Shown: piece by piece, positions 27,975-38,700 of the stretch
Numbering within the stretch: the first letter of the stretch is position 1
How the letters are laid out: each line of letters begins with the position of its first letter
IMG/VR virus record: IMGVR_UViG_3300036980_001087
Location: 1 to 64,000 of that record
DNA: 64,000 bases
DNA from: a virus
Strand: one strand, 5' to 3'
Notes under the pieces: model-generated
Told to the model about the DNA's origin: nothing
The model's database searches: none
Seen by the model: only the letters and a program-made list of their open reading frames with translations
Made by a program: the position numbers and the translations under genes

Positions 27975-27990
27975 TGGTATTCCTCCTACT

Positions 27991-27999
27991 ATTGAAAAC
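27991..27999 (-). promoter_or_regulatory. GTTTTCAAT motif
   Basis: ATTGAAAAC on +; intergenic, directly before AGGAGG SD. Confidence 0.7.
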
Positions 28000-28037
28000 T
28001 ACCTAATAAGTACAATATATTTTAATTTAAATTCTTC

Positions 28038-29738
28038 CTACTCTATAGGCTTAATAAAAGTATCATTAAAAGCTACATTAATTGAAGAATGACTACTCCA
28101 TGCCCAAGTAGGAAACGTGTAAGGATGGGCATAATCCATATTAGTCATGGTATGTGAAAAAATTACTCCTGTAATTATTGCATTAATGGCTGTTGGAAAT
28201 TGTACTTTATAATCTTCATATAAATTTCTTTTAAATTCTCCGCTATGCGTAGCTATTGGATTAATTATAAATGTATTATCTGGATAGGGTAATAGTGGAT
28301 AAGATCCGTTATAATAACGATACCCTGGAGTGCCCCAATAATAATTAAGGCTCTGAAATAAACTATTTCCACCAGGATAAATAACTGTTAGTCTAATAGA
28401 GATACAAAAACCAGGACTGGAAACAAATGGGCCCAGTCCTGAAACTCCTTCTATAATGGTTGTGGTAAAAGTGGAGCCTATATTTAATGTTGGCATTATT
28501 AAACTCATTGGATCAGTTATACGTATACTCATTGGCTTAAGTTTCTTTAAAATTTCTTCTATACTAACTGGCTCGGAATCCTCAATATAGGTGTATGCTA
28601 TGCGCATTATTACTACTCTACCTGGTGTTCCAGTAAGATCTGCCCTATTAAATTTTAATTTTCCTACCCCGGGATTAGTATTAAGGATATCAGTAGAAAA
28701 TCTATATTTATCCCAAGTTCCTTCCAGTTTTCCTTCACGATAAAATGTAACAACTACTTCTGCTAGATCAGGGAAGGTTGTTACTGTGCCTGAAGTATAA
28801 TTTCCGGTTAGATTGGCCCAACTACCACTAAAGCTTGAGGAAGTAATGTGATATTCCACATATTGACCAGGGGAGCCCTTTAGCGCAACTCTAAAATGTC
28901 CCTGTCCAAGTGGTAATGAAAAAGCATTAGTTGTAGTATCAAATGCACCATATTCATTAGGGGTTAGATTGGGTATTACTTCCTGTTCAGCAGTTAATGC
29001 TAATGTTCCGCCAATATTTATGGTTTGCTTTTGGGTAACTGTTGGAAATAAAAAATATGGCATTGCTATACTAAAAGCTGAAGTCCACTCCCAAGAATGA
29101 TCACCATCAACAAGTCCCCTTACATAAGCAATATTTGGAGTTATATCCCCCCAACCTGGAATAAAATTAATTCGTTCACGATTTAATGTAACTGCTGGTA
29201 TAGTAGGATCCCACGTTTCCTTCCAGAATCCAAGAGATATGCCTCGTCTTAGTTCTTCCACATGTATTGCCTTAATTGAGCAGCGCTCCGGAATATATGG
29301 AACTTTTTCTATCCTATCCACGTCTGTCCAATCTACTTGTGCTGTTGTATATTCTTCCTCTCCATATTTATCGCGCTTAAAGTAGTCAGCAATTGTAAGT
29401 CCGGACTCTTCTAAGCATTGCTCAACTACCAGGCGTAAAGAAACAATATCTGCTTTTGATATAGACTTTTGTTTAGTAGCTAAAAACATAGTAAGTTTAG
29501 GTGGAAATGCAATTGACAATGAAGTACAAATTCCACTCCAATAAACTATTAATTGATCAATATGTATTTTTTTAATATTTGTTTTTCCAAAATAACTATC
29601 TCCAGCCAAACCATGTTGTGTTAGAATTGGATCATTTAACCAAATGGGGTCTTCCTGCCAAGATTCTAAATCCTCTGGGTGGGTTCCCAATGGTTTTAAT
29701 TTACTTTTACAAATATTGCAAATAGGAGCTGTAGGCAT
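28038..29738 (-). CDS. Putative tail/baseplate protein
   Basis: Repeated IK..H...LR-type motif in the N-terminus; beta-rich C-terminus. Confidence 0.5.
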   Translation of the reverse strand: MPTAPICNICKSKLKPLGTHPEDLESWQEDPIWLNDPILTQHGLAGDSYFGKTNIKKIHIDQLIVYWSGICTSLSIAFPPKLTMFLATKQKSISKADIVSLRLVVEQCLEESGLTIADYFKRDKYGEEEYTTAQVDWTDVDRIEKVPYIPERCSIKAIHVEELRRGISLGFWKETWDPTIPAVTLNRERINFIPGWGDITPNIAYVRGLVDGDHSWEWTSAFSIAMPYFLFPTVTQKQTINIGGTLALTAEQEVIPNLTPNEYGAFDTTTNAFSLPLGQGHFRVALKGSPGQYVEYHITSSSFSGSWANLTGNYTSGTVTTFPDLAEVVVTFYREGKLEGTWDKYRFSTDILNTNPGVGKLKFNRADLTGTPGRVVIMRIAYTYIEDSEPVSIEEILKKLKPMSIRITDPMSLIMPTLNIGSTFTTTIIEGVSGLGPFVSSPGFCISIRLTVIYPGGNSLFQSLNYYWGTPGYRYYNGSYPLLPYPDNTFIINPIATHSGEFKRNLYEDYKVQFPTAINAIITGVIFSHTMTNMDYAHPYTFPTWAWSSHSSINVAFNDTFIKPIE

Positions 29739-29739
29739 A

Positions 29740-32700
29740 TTATGCGTAAGTACTTAAGCTTGAATCTGGTTTAACACTCGTCTCTGCCACTTGTACGGAC
29801 TTTCCAAATAAGCTTTTAATTTTATCTACATCATATGCTAAAGTACTAACTGTAGGCTTAAGTACTTCATTTTCCCTTTTACGTTCTTTATCTTTAATAA
29901 GTATGTGCAATGTGGAGGCATATTCAGATTGAGGAATTGATAATTCTAATGATGTTCTAAAGCCATCATTAAAAGAATGGCGTATTCTAACTACATCTAA
30001 GCCATTAACTGTTGTTCGTAAATCAAGAGTTTCGTCTCCTAAAATCTGTAAGGAGCCCTCTCTCAGTGGTAAATCAGATTTATGAAACTCTGTATTTGCT
30101 GCATCCTCTAAGGTTTCCATTACCTCATCTAAGTTATCTCCGGGCAATCCATATTCCTCATCTTCTTCATTAAAAATAGGGGTTATTCCCTGCACGATAT
30201 ATCGTTTTGGAGCGCCTGAACCAACTGTATAAGAATAACGTTTTCCCTTATATGTATATAATACTCGCATTGAAGCTATATATTGATCTGGGTCCTCTTC
30301 ATAGGCTACATCTAAATGTTCAGTTGTTAAATCTGCAGTAGTAGCATCAAATATTTCCCGTTCTAAAGTTCCACGTAATATCTGTGCTTCATACCTAACA
30401 GGTACAGAGTTAATTACAATATATGCAGTTTTTCCAGTTTCATCATGCGAATAGTCCACGGACGCACTGACATCTTGCCATTCTAGTGGATATGTTTCAT
30501 AAGAAACAATTGCTGGCTTTGAGGAGAAAGAGCCATCTCTCCAGGGATGAGCCACAGAGACCTCTTCTTCTGTAACTGGATCTATCCTGTTATATCTTTT
30601 TTCTAGAAGATCCATAGGAGTAAACTCCACATTTCCCGTAGTAATCCATTCTGTAAATCCATAATCTGTACCATACTCACTTAAAGCAGGCACCTCTTCC
30701 ATAATTTGTAATAGTTTGGTTATCTTTGGGGCACTATTAGTAAGGGCCTGCACCTTAACATTAGAAATTTCAGATTGAAATCCTCCCAAATTTAATGAAA
30801 AATAAAAGCCCTTTATATCGTCTTTAGTTTTAAATGGCGCTGGTATAGTACCAAAGGAAGTATTCTTAGGAGAAGGTACCTCTTCATGCAAAGGAAAAGA
30901 ATATAGGGCTCTATTTGGAGCAGTGGTTTTAAATAGATTTAAATCTCCTTTATTTGAATCTAAAATCCGCAATGAGTTTATTTCAGTATATTGAGAAAAA
31001 TCACTTACTGCAGTAACACTACGTATCTGATTGGTTTTATCATTAATTAAATTTTCCTCTAGAATATTTTGGCCAATCGTGTATGTTCGTCTACATATTG
31101 GATGCCCATATCGATATTCCCATAATCCTCCGGTAATAGGTGAGGAATATAGTACAGCCCCATGATAAGCAGCAATTGCAGCTCTTGCCTCTAATTCTGT
31201 ATTTCCAACTAAAGAGTCTTCATCAAACTTTGAAATATATTTTTTCTTTTCTGGGGGCCAGGGTTGTTCTCTACAAAAAGTAGAATAATAATAGGAAAAT
31301 CCAATAACTGTAAAATTTACTTGTAATGCTCCTCCACTCCACACGTCTTCACGTTTAAATAAATATCCACCAAATACATATCTTCCATTAATTTTAATAT
31401 AAACTGACTGTCCAGTAGCGAGCAAGGCCTCTTCTGTTGGCCGTATATTTTTATGAAAAGAGGCCGTACAAAAAGAAGGGCCATATACTATTTCAATCGA
31501 GTCCAATATATATCCTGTATAAACTATTCCACCTATTCTTATTTCATATGTAGGATTTGTTCTATATTGAATATCAAAAGTTGGTGTGCCTGATGCAGTG
31601 GCTCCCGCGCTCTCTAGGCCCTCACCATTAACTCCAACTACTTTAAAATTATAAGTAAGGCCAGTAACTAGTTCTCCAATTGTAGTTTGATAATCATATA
31701 TTAAGGTAGCGTTTTGTTTAATCCAGCTTCCTCCAACATCTTTATATACATTATATCCTACATTATCGGAACTTCCAGTCCAAGTTAAAAATATGGCATC
31801 CCCTAATTTTGGATCTGTGGCTATTAAAGCTGTGGGATTTACTGGAGTAGGATAAGCTGCTTGTAATTGCGCATTAAAAGTTTTACTACTCTCTACCCTA
31901 GCTTGAATTTGCCCATAGAAATATTTTACGGCTTTAATAGTGGCATCTGCAATACGTGTTTTTAGTATTCTATAGACTACTTTTGAATCTGATAAAATTT
32001 GATTATCCTCTATATGCTTAATACTAGAGTCTGCTAAAATTGTGCTTTGCTCCCTAGTAACTATCTTGGCATCTCCTATAATTTCCTGCTGAAGAGTTCC
32101 TTTTATATTAGCATTAGAATTAATAGTAGTAGTTTCTATTTGTTTAATTGTTGAATTAGAATTTATTATAGCCTGTTGTTTTTTACTAATTTTAGCATCA
32201 GATAAAATTGTTTGTTGGACAGTTCCTTTTATATTAGTATCTGAATTTATAGTAATTATTTTTATAGCCTTAACAACTGCATTAGAAAGTACAGTTTTTA
32301 GTTCTCTAGCTACAATTATTTTAGCATCTGCTTGTGTAGTGTGCTGGATGGTCCCTTTTATGTTTGAATTTGAATTTATAGTTGTTTGTGTAGTAACTGG
32401 TAAAGTTACCTCATCTAAATATAGTTGATTATCCACTAATTTTTGAAAAGTAAATTGTACTTTTCCAGAAGGTGGATTATTAATTACGGTAGGATATATC
32501 TCAGATGCCGAAGTACTATAAGGTTGTACTAGACTGCCCCATACTCCTCCCCGATATAATCTATATCTTAGATCATTAGGGTAATAAAATACTAAAATTA
32601 TATTAGTTCCAGAAGTAATGCCTAAAGTTACATGTAAATCTCCGCCATTGCCTGTGCCATCTAAATTTCCACTATCCCAAGATCCGGTATAATGATAGAC

Positions 32701-33414
32701 TTTTATTCCACCAGTGGTTCGTACTGCCCCCCAAATATCACTATCTCCAACTTTAAGAGTAGAAAAAAAGTCATTAGTGATTCCAGAAGCAGCTATATCA
32801 GTAGCAGAACTCCAACTGGAAGAATAAATTTTATACGTTAATTTTCCACCAGAAACATAAAGTGCCCAAATATCTGTACCTACTGGCATTAATGCTATAC
32901 CATAACAATTTGATGCAGTAGGATCATTTGCTGTCCAAGTTCCACTACCATCTTCATTTGGATTAGTTAATATTTTAAAATCATAATTTTGTTTAATATA
33001 ACCAACCCAAATATCCCCATTTGATCTTTGAGTTACTGCAACCTGATCAACAAGTTGACCAGTACCATATATATTTGAAGCTACTAAATAGGTTGTACCT
33101 TTTGTCCAACCACTACCATTCCAAGTAAATTTTACATAGTATACATTCCAATAAGAACTAAAAGAAGTAAATACTAAAAATATATTACCGTCCGCGTCCA
33201 TATGGCCCGCTGGATATCGTGCATTTGCTGCTGTAATGGCGGTCCAAGATCCAAAAGATGTTCCTCCATTTGAAGACACACTATAATATAAATAGGTGCC
33301 CGCATAGGGAGAAAATTGAATTAAATAATCCCCATATCTAAATACCTGCCTACTTTCTCCTGAAAGACCGGAGGCAAGAGCAGAAGTAATATAACCTATA
33401 GCATGTGCGGCCAT
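29740..33414 (-). CDS. Large tail protein: beta-propeller, 14-aa repeats, fibronectin type III and hub-like C-terminus
   Basis: BNR-like SSNGGTSFGSW; FN3 (LTW...GYNVY...L..G.TYNFKVVGVN..G.ES). Confidence 0.7.
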   Translation of the reverse strand: MAAHAIGYITSALASGLSGESRQVFRYGDYLIQFSPYAGTYLYYSVSSNGGTSFGSWTAITAANARYPAGHMDADGNIFLVFTSFSSYWNVYYVKFTWNGSGWTKGTTYLVASNIYGTGQLVDQVAVTQRSNGDIWVGYIKQNYDFKILTNPNEDGSGTWTANDPTASNCYGIALMPVGTDIWALYVSGGKLTYKIYSSSWSSATDIAASGITNDFFSTLKVGDSDIWGAVRTTGGIKVYHYTGSWDSGNLDGTGNGGDLHVTLGITSGTNIILVFYYPNDLRYRLYRGGVWGSLVQPYSTSASEIYPTVINNPPSGKVQFTFQKLVDNQLYLDEVTLPVTTQTTINSNSNIKGTIQHTTQADAKIIVARELKTVLSNAVVKAIKIITINSDTNIKGTVQQTILSDAKISKKQQAIINSNSTIKQIETTTINSNANIKGTLQQEIIGDAKIVTREQSTILADSSIKHIEDNQILSDSKVVYRILKTRIADATIKAVKYFYGQIQARVESSKTFNAQLQAAYPTPVNPTALIATDPKLGDAIFLTWTGSSDNVGYNVYKDVGGSWIKQNATLIYDYQTTIGELVTGLTYNFKVVGVNGEGLESAGATASGTPTFDIQYRTNPTYEIRIGGIVYTGYILDSIEIVYGPSFCTASFHKNIRPTEEALLATGQSVYIKINGRYVFGGYLFKREDVWSGGALQVNFTVIGFSYYYSTFCREQPWPPEKKKYISKFDEDSLVGNTELEARAAIAAYHGAVLYSSPITGGLWEYRYGHPICRRTYTIGQNILEENLINDKTNQIRSVTAVSDFSQYTEINSLRILDSNKGDLNLFKTTAPNRALYSFPLHEEVPSPKNTSFGTIPAPFKTKDDIKGFYFSLNLGGFQSEISNVKVQALTNSAPKITKLLQIMEEVPALSEYGTDYGFTEWITTGNVEFTPMDLLEKRYNRIDPVTEEEVSVAHPWRDGSFSSKPAIVSYETYPLEWQDVSASVDYSHDETGKTAYIVINSVPVRYEAQILRGTLEREIFDATTADLTTEHLDVAYEEDPDQYIASMRVLYTYKGKRYSYTVGSGAPKRYIVQGITPIFNEEDEEYGLPGDNLDEVMETLEDAANTEFHKSDLPLREGSLQILGDETLDLRTTVNGLDVVRIRHSFNDGFRTSLELSIPQSEYASTLHILIKDKERKRENEVLKPTVSTLAYDVDKIKSLFGKSVQVAETSVKPDSSLSTYA
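31930..32394 (-). repeat. 11 x 14-aa protein-level repeat
   Basis: TTQTTINSNSNIKG / TIQHTTQADAKIIV(A) / ... / RILKTRIADATIKA. Confidence 0.8.
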
Positions 33415-33839
33415 TAATTATCCCCTATAGTAATATTTCCATCTTGATCTACTTGAAGTAATACTTTATGATTAATACCAGATTTATCATTATACTGATA
33501 TCCGATAAAATATACGATGTTATGCCCAGATTCTAGTAACTCCTGGGTAAGCTTTACTGTATGCCTTCTAAAAAATACCAATCTAATATTACTTTTCTCT
33601 TCCTGTAATTCTTTGCCTACATCCTGCTGTTGTGTATTAATAAATAAAAGACCCCTGGTAAGATCAACTGTAATCTTCAGGGGTTTAATGCTGTGTACTA
33701 TATAAAAAGAAACTAGATTGCTAGAATTTTCAAGAACTTCCTTAAAAGGATGCTCTTTTCCATCTGCATCATATTGAGAAATCTCAGATCCATCTTTAAA
33801 TGTTGCTGTCCAATGAAACTTTAGTTCTAGGTTTAGCAT
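33414..33839 (-). CDS. Hypothetical virion-module protein
   Basis: GGAGG SD before ATG 33839. Confidence 0.6.
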   Translation of the reverse strand: MLNLELKFHWTATFKDGSEISQYDADGKEHPFKEVLENSSNLVSFYIVHSIKPLKITVDLTRGLLFINTQQQDVGKELQEEKSNIRLVFFRRHTVKLTQELLESGHNIVYFIGYQYNDKSGINHKVLLQVDQDGNITIGDN

Positions 33840-33894
33840 TGAATTACCTCCCCATTCATTAGCCATCATATTGGCTATTATTTACACCCTCTAC

Positions 33895-34374
33895 TTAAAC
33901 TTCGTCGTACTGGAACGTAAATTCCTTCTGGTTTACTGCTCCTGCCGGAGTGCTTACGGTAGTTTGTAGTTGTAAGCAAATATAACGAGAGTAACCTGCT
34001 GCCGTAATTGTAGTTGTTCCAGCTGCAGAAAGAATTGCTAATGCCGTACCTTCAGTAGTAGGAATAGTCGTAACTGCACGAGTTGAAGTAGTTTTAACTG
34101 GTTGAACATAAGATGTAACCTGATCCGCCTTAATGTCCTCTCCAGTAACATACGCACCAGCTGACTTCCAGAACTTCATATTAGAAATTTCAGTAAAAGT
34201 ACCACTAAACTTAGCCTTAATATCTTTCTCATAACTATTATTTCCAGCTACGATAGGATAAGATGCGGGCGTAAGATTAGCGGCATCAGTATCACCAAAA
34301 TTCATATTAGAAATTCCATCAGTTACTGTTTCCCCCGAGCCGTTAGCTTCACTCCATTGATAAGTGGCTGCCAT
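33895..34374 (-). CDS. Putative structural protein
   Basis: Ala/Thr/Gly-rich, beta-type; GGAGGTGA SD. Confidence 0.55.
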   Translation of the reverse strand: MAATYQWSEANGSGETVTDGISNMNFGDTDAANLTPASYPIVAGNNSYEKDIKAKFSGTFTEISNMKFWKSAGAYVTGEDIKADQVTSYVQPVKTTSTRAVTTIPTTEGTALAILSAAGTTTITAAGYSRYICLQLQTTVSTPAGAVNQKEFTFQYDEV

Positions 34375-34376
34375 GT

Positions 34377-34793
34377 TTATTCACCTCCTTCTATAAGTTT
34401 ATCTTGTTCATTATTTGTGCTTTGGTTTTTTTCTAGGTTTACATTTTCCGTACATTTTTTAACTCCTTTTCCTTCCTGATCTATATTTCGTCCACAAGAT
34501 GGGCACTTAATGTAGCCCATCCCTTCTTCCATATAATTGCTATATTTAAAATAGGCCAGGCAATGATCACACTGCACCATCTCTTCATCTTTTGGGGGAG
34601 GTATTCCCTTTATGAAATGAAGAAACTTATAATTAGCTCGAGTAATTTCAAAATCTTTCTTTTTATGTTCATCCCAAATACCATAACATTCACCTACAGC
34701 TGCTTTTGGATCCTTTCCCTCTTCATGTACTAATTGACGTACACATCTACTTATGAACGGATTCTTTTTTTCATTTGCTCTAGGTTTAGGCAT
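34377..34793 (-). CDS. Hypothetical protein with C-terminal zinc ribbon
   Basis: PKP...FISRC...A...CY.IW N-domain; CDHC...CPSC. Confidence 0.55.
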   Translation of the reverse strand: MPKPRANEKKNPFISRCVRQLVHEEGKDPKAAVGECYGIWDEHKKKDFEITRANYKFLHFIKGIPPPKDEEMVQCDHCLAYFKYSNYMEEGMGYIKCPSCGRNIDQEGKGVKKCTENVNLEKNQSTNNEQDKLIEGGE

Positions 34794-34794
34794 T

Positions 34795-35721
34795 TTAATA
34801 TTCGTATGTTAATTTTAATTTAATTTTTAAAGAAACTCCACCAACAGTATCCGCATCATCTGGAATAGTCGCTCTAAGTTGTAAATATTTAGCATTATTA
34901 TTCGGTATTGGATTAGAAAAAGATACTGGTTCCCCTCCACCAATAGGGGTATAGTCCACAATTGCCTCATCTTTTATAGTATACTCATATTCTACATAAG
35001 GTAAAGCGGACACCAATGCGGTTCCTAAACCAATTAAGCCCGTATCAGCATTATATGTTCCACCTGTAAAATAGTTTGTTCCAGTTTTACTGGGATTATC
35101 CCAAACTCCAGTAATACCAGTAATTCTGGGGCAATGAGCTACTGTAATTATTGTATTACTATTTTTAGTGGCCAGCTCTAAATCAATATGTTTGGTGGAA
35201 GAAATAATTCCACTAGATGCAATGCTGATCCATTGTTCAGCATAAATAGTTTTACCATATTCGTCTAAATCTGGATTTATTTCTACAGTTATAACATCTA
35301 AATTACTTGGAGCTTTTCCATGTACATTATCCCCAAAATCTATTTCTCCAGTAGTCATATTGCAAGTATAAACTTGTGCAGATTGTGCATAACTACTTAA
35401 AGAGCCTACTTGAGCCCATTTAGTGCCATTAACCAATATCTCTATGGTACTTAAGGGCATTAGACTAAGTTCATAATGTTGATTAACGGATCCATCACTA
35501 ATATATTCTATTGTAACTGACATAGTTACTAATTCAATAGATAAATTTCTAACATCGTCTGCTCCTAATATATTTCCCTTATCATTGTACAATAAAATAT
35601 CATATGGAAGATCAACTACATGTCCTCCATAACAAATTCCAAAATCAATTGGAGTGGTTATAGTCCCAACTTCAACTGTAGGAGCATCATCCTTAAACAT
35701 TTGTAAATTTGGAGTAGCCAT
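34795..35721 (-). CDS. Baseplate-related protein
   Basis: W..V.SL...VY...GEI.FGD...GK.P motif seen in baseplate wedge proteins. Confidence 0.55.
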   Translation of the reverse strand: MATPNLQMFKDDAPTVEVGTITTPIDFGICYGGHVVDLPYDILLYNDKGNILGADDVRNLSIELVTMSVTIEYISDGSVNQHYELSLMPLSTIEILVNGTKWAQVGSLSSYAQSAQVYTCNMTTGEIDFGDNVHGKAPSNLDVITVEINPDLDEYGKTIYAEQWISIASSGIISSTKHIDLELATKNSNTIITVAHCPRITGITGVWDNPSKTGTNYFTGGTYNADTGLIGLGTALVSALPYVEYEYTIKDEAIVDYTPIGGGEPVSFSNPIPNNNAKYLQLRATIPDDADTVGGVSLKIKLKLTYEY

Positions 35722-35730
35722 AATTTTATC

Positions 35731-38700
35731 CTATTGAGTTTTACCTGCCATTTTTAATCTAGCACGTTCTTCATTTAATGTATCAATCGATTCATATATC
35801 CTCATTCTTGCCTCTTGTAATCCATCTGCAGAAGTACTAAAGCCTGCCTCTAGATCATTTAATAGTGCATTCTGTGCAGCAATCATTCTATCCAATTGTA
35901 ATAAAGTAGGCGTACTTGAGATCAATTGTGCATTTCGTCCTAGAGCAGGGGCATATGCTGCCATTTCTGCTACTCCTGGATTTAAAGCTGGACCTTTTGG
36001 AGGATTTAATCCAACTAACCATTTGGAAGTTATATCCGTTTCTTTATTTCCTCCACCTCTTGCCATTAATTCACCTAGTTTTGTTGCCCATGGAATTATT
36101 GATAATAATCCTGCTCCTACGGCCTTTCCTAAAGCAAATCCTAATGTTGCCATTGAAGTTAACAGCTCTTTATTTGAAAATACGCTCTGTAATACTCCCA
36201 ATAATAAATTTCCAAATGCTGAAATTAATTGATCAAATGGCTTTGATTTAGCTATAGCAGTAAATACAGTTAAGAACGTAGAAGTTAATGCTTCTGCAAT
36301 AGGAACAAGTAATGGTAAAATTATCTCCGCTAATTTTGAAAAACCAGAAGCTAAATTATCACTAATTTTTGTTCCAAGATTGTGCTTTTCTTGCTGAGCC
36401 CCACCATTCAAAATTAAGTCCATATATTTTAAATAATCAGTCATTGCTGGACCAACATAAGTATCTACTACACTCTTTAAAAGTTGGCCTGCTTTGTACA
36501 ATCCTCCGAATAAGCCACCGGCGGTTTTCTTTCCACCTTCATCTAAATTTAAAAATGCTTTATATTCTACGGCTAAGCCCTTTAGTGTATCCCTAATTAT
36601 AGTAAAAAATGAAGTTTGTGCATCACCAGTAAGTAACATTCCCGCTATTCTAAATATAGCATCCCCAGCAGACATCGCTTGTTTATAAATGGTACCTAAA
36701 TCTTTTGCTTCCTCTTTAAAGACTGAATCTAACTCCTTAGATAGATCTAGAGGTTCCTGCAGGGCCTTAAACATTTCTCTTATGGACGCTACAGTTGCTC
36801 CACCAAGATACTGCCCTAATTGTCTAGCAAATGCTGGATTATCCTGTAACTGTGAGCCTATGGTTCGTATAAAGTCATTAGCCGATTTAGGGGAAACTCC
36901 CTCTGCCATTGCACTATTTAATGCGGCAGATAGTTCTTCCCCTGCTGTATCAGATATTTCTTGTAACTTCTTTAATCTCGCTTGTTTACTACCAAAAGAT
37001 CCGGTACCTGATCCTATTTTTTCTTGTAATTTAGATATTTTTTCTATTCTTTTAGATATAGAATCATAAGTAGTATTCCAAGCAGTGGCTGCTTTTCCTG
37101 CTCCTCCACCAAATAGATTCCCTGCTTGTCCCATAGAGGCCAATACTGCTAGCCCCTTTTCATCAGGATTCATTAATTTTTCAATTGCTTGTCCAAATTG
37201 TACTAATTGTCTTGGCTGCTTTAATCCAACTTGGGCTAATTTTCCTGCTGATTCTAACACCCCTTTAAATTTTTCTTCTGCTGTTCCTGCTCCAGAAGCA
37301 AATGCGGGCATTAACCATTCGGCAATCATTCTTAATTCTTGAGAAGTAGCATTGGTATTTAACATAACCTTGGTCATATGGTTAGCTAAATTTGCTGCAT
37401 TTTTATTGATATCTACTTTAAAAAACTGTGCTATCTCTAAGAAGGAATCATCTATTGAGGATACCTCTTCCCCAGTAATAATTGAATACTGTGTAATGGC
37501 TTTCATATAATCCGTTACTCCAGCAGTAGTACCGGCTATACGAATAAATCTTTGTTCTATTTTACCCATTACTTCCCACATTTCAGTGGACTGTCCTATA
37601 TTTTCAACCATCGGGAGAGTGGCATTCTTTCGTGCTGTGCCTGCCTCCATTCCTCTAGCTACAAGAGGATAAATATTTAAAGATAATGTCCTTAATGTAT
37701 CTTTTGCATTTTTTATTCCACCAGTAAGCCCCTTTATAAACATTCCAGCCATAGATGACGTAATTTTAAAAGCTACTCCTGCGGCTGCACCCAATGTACC
37801 AAGTACTAGTGCTCCACCTATCATGGCTAATGCTGCTACTGGATGGGCCATACCTAATTTTAAAGCAGAAGTAAGGGCACTTGTAAATAATTCTCCAGCT
37901 GCAGTTCCTGGAGATTTAAACCACATAACTGCATTAGAGAATACGTCCTTCATTGCTTTAACTGTGGCTTCGGCTTTATCTTTTGCTTTTTTACTTATTT
38001 CCTCTGGCTTTTCTTCTGGAGGAGTAGGCTCTTCTGGCTGTCCAGATGGAGTAATTGGAGGAGCAGGCGGAGGTGGAGGCGTAATGGCCCCTCCCCTAGC
38101 AACAAGATTAGCTGCAGCAAATTGATCAATTGGGGAGTGAGTAATTGATTGCATCTTTTGTATTAAAGACAACGCTCCAGCATTCGATCCCGTTGAGGAA
38201 GAAGTTGCAGCCTTTACGGTCTTTGTAATTCCCAAAGCTTCAGCTACAGCCAGGTCTGCCACAGCTTGACGCATTAAAATTAATGAATTTGTTACTGTAG
38301 GGGCTGCTGCTGCCGTTTTACCCGGAACTGGCTTTTCAAGCTCTTTAGTCATTCCTACTAAAGCATGTTCTGGCGCAGCTCTTTCTTTCATAAATCTTTG
38401 TAAATTAGCTATTTCATGGCTACGTTTAGAACGTAAACCAGAGGTCATTTGTGTATCTTTTGAAAGGGCAACTAAATAATCATTAGAGGCGGCTGCAAAT
38501 TTAGTTAAATCTGTTTCTGTAGAGGTTCCCTTCTTAACCTTATTAAATACAGAACGCATTGCCTTAACTGCAGATTGTTCTGCAGTAGAGGGCTTAGTAG
38601 CATTTCCTTCTAAGTCTAATTTAAGGGAAGAAAATATATGTCTTATTTCCCGCTCTAAAAGTTGCTGATTAGTCTTTAATTGATCATCACTCTTGGAGCC

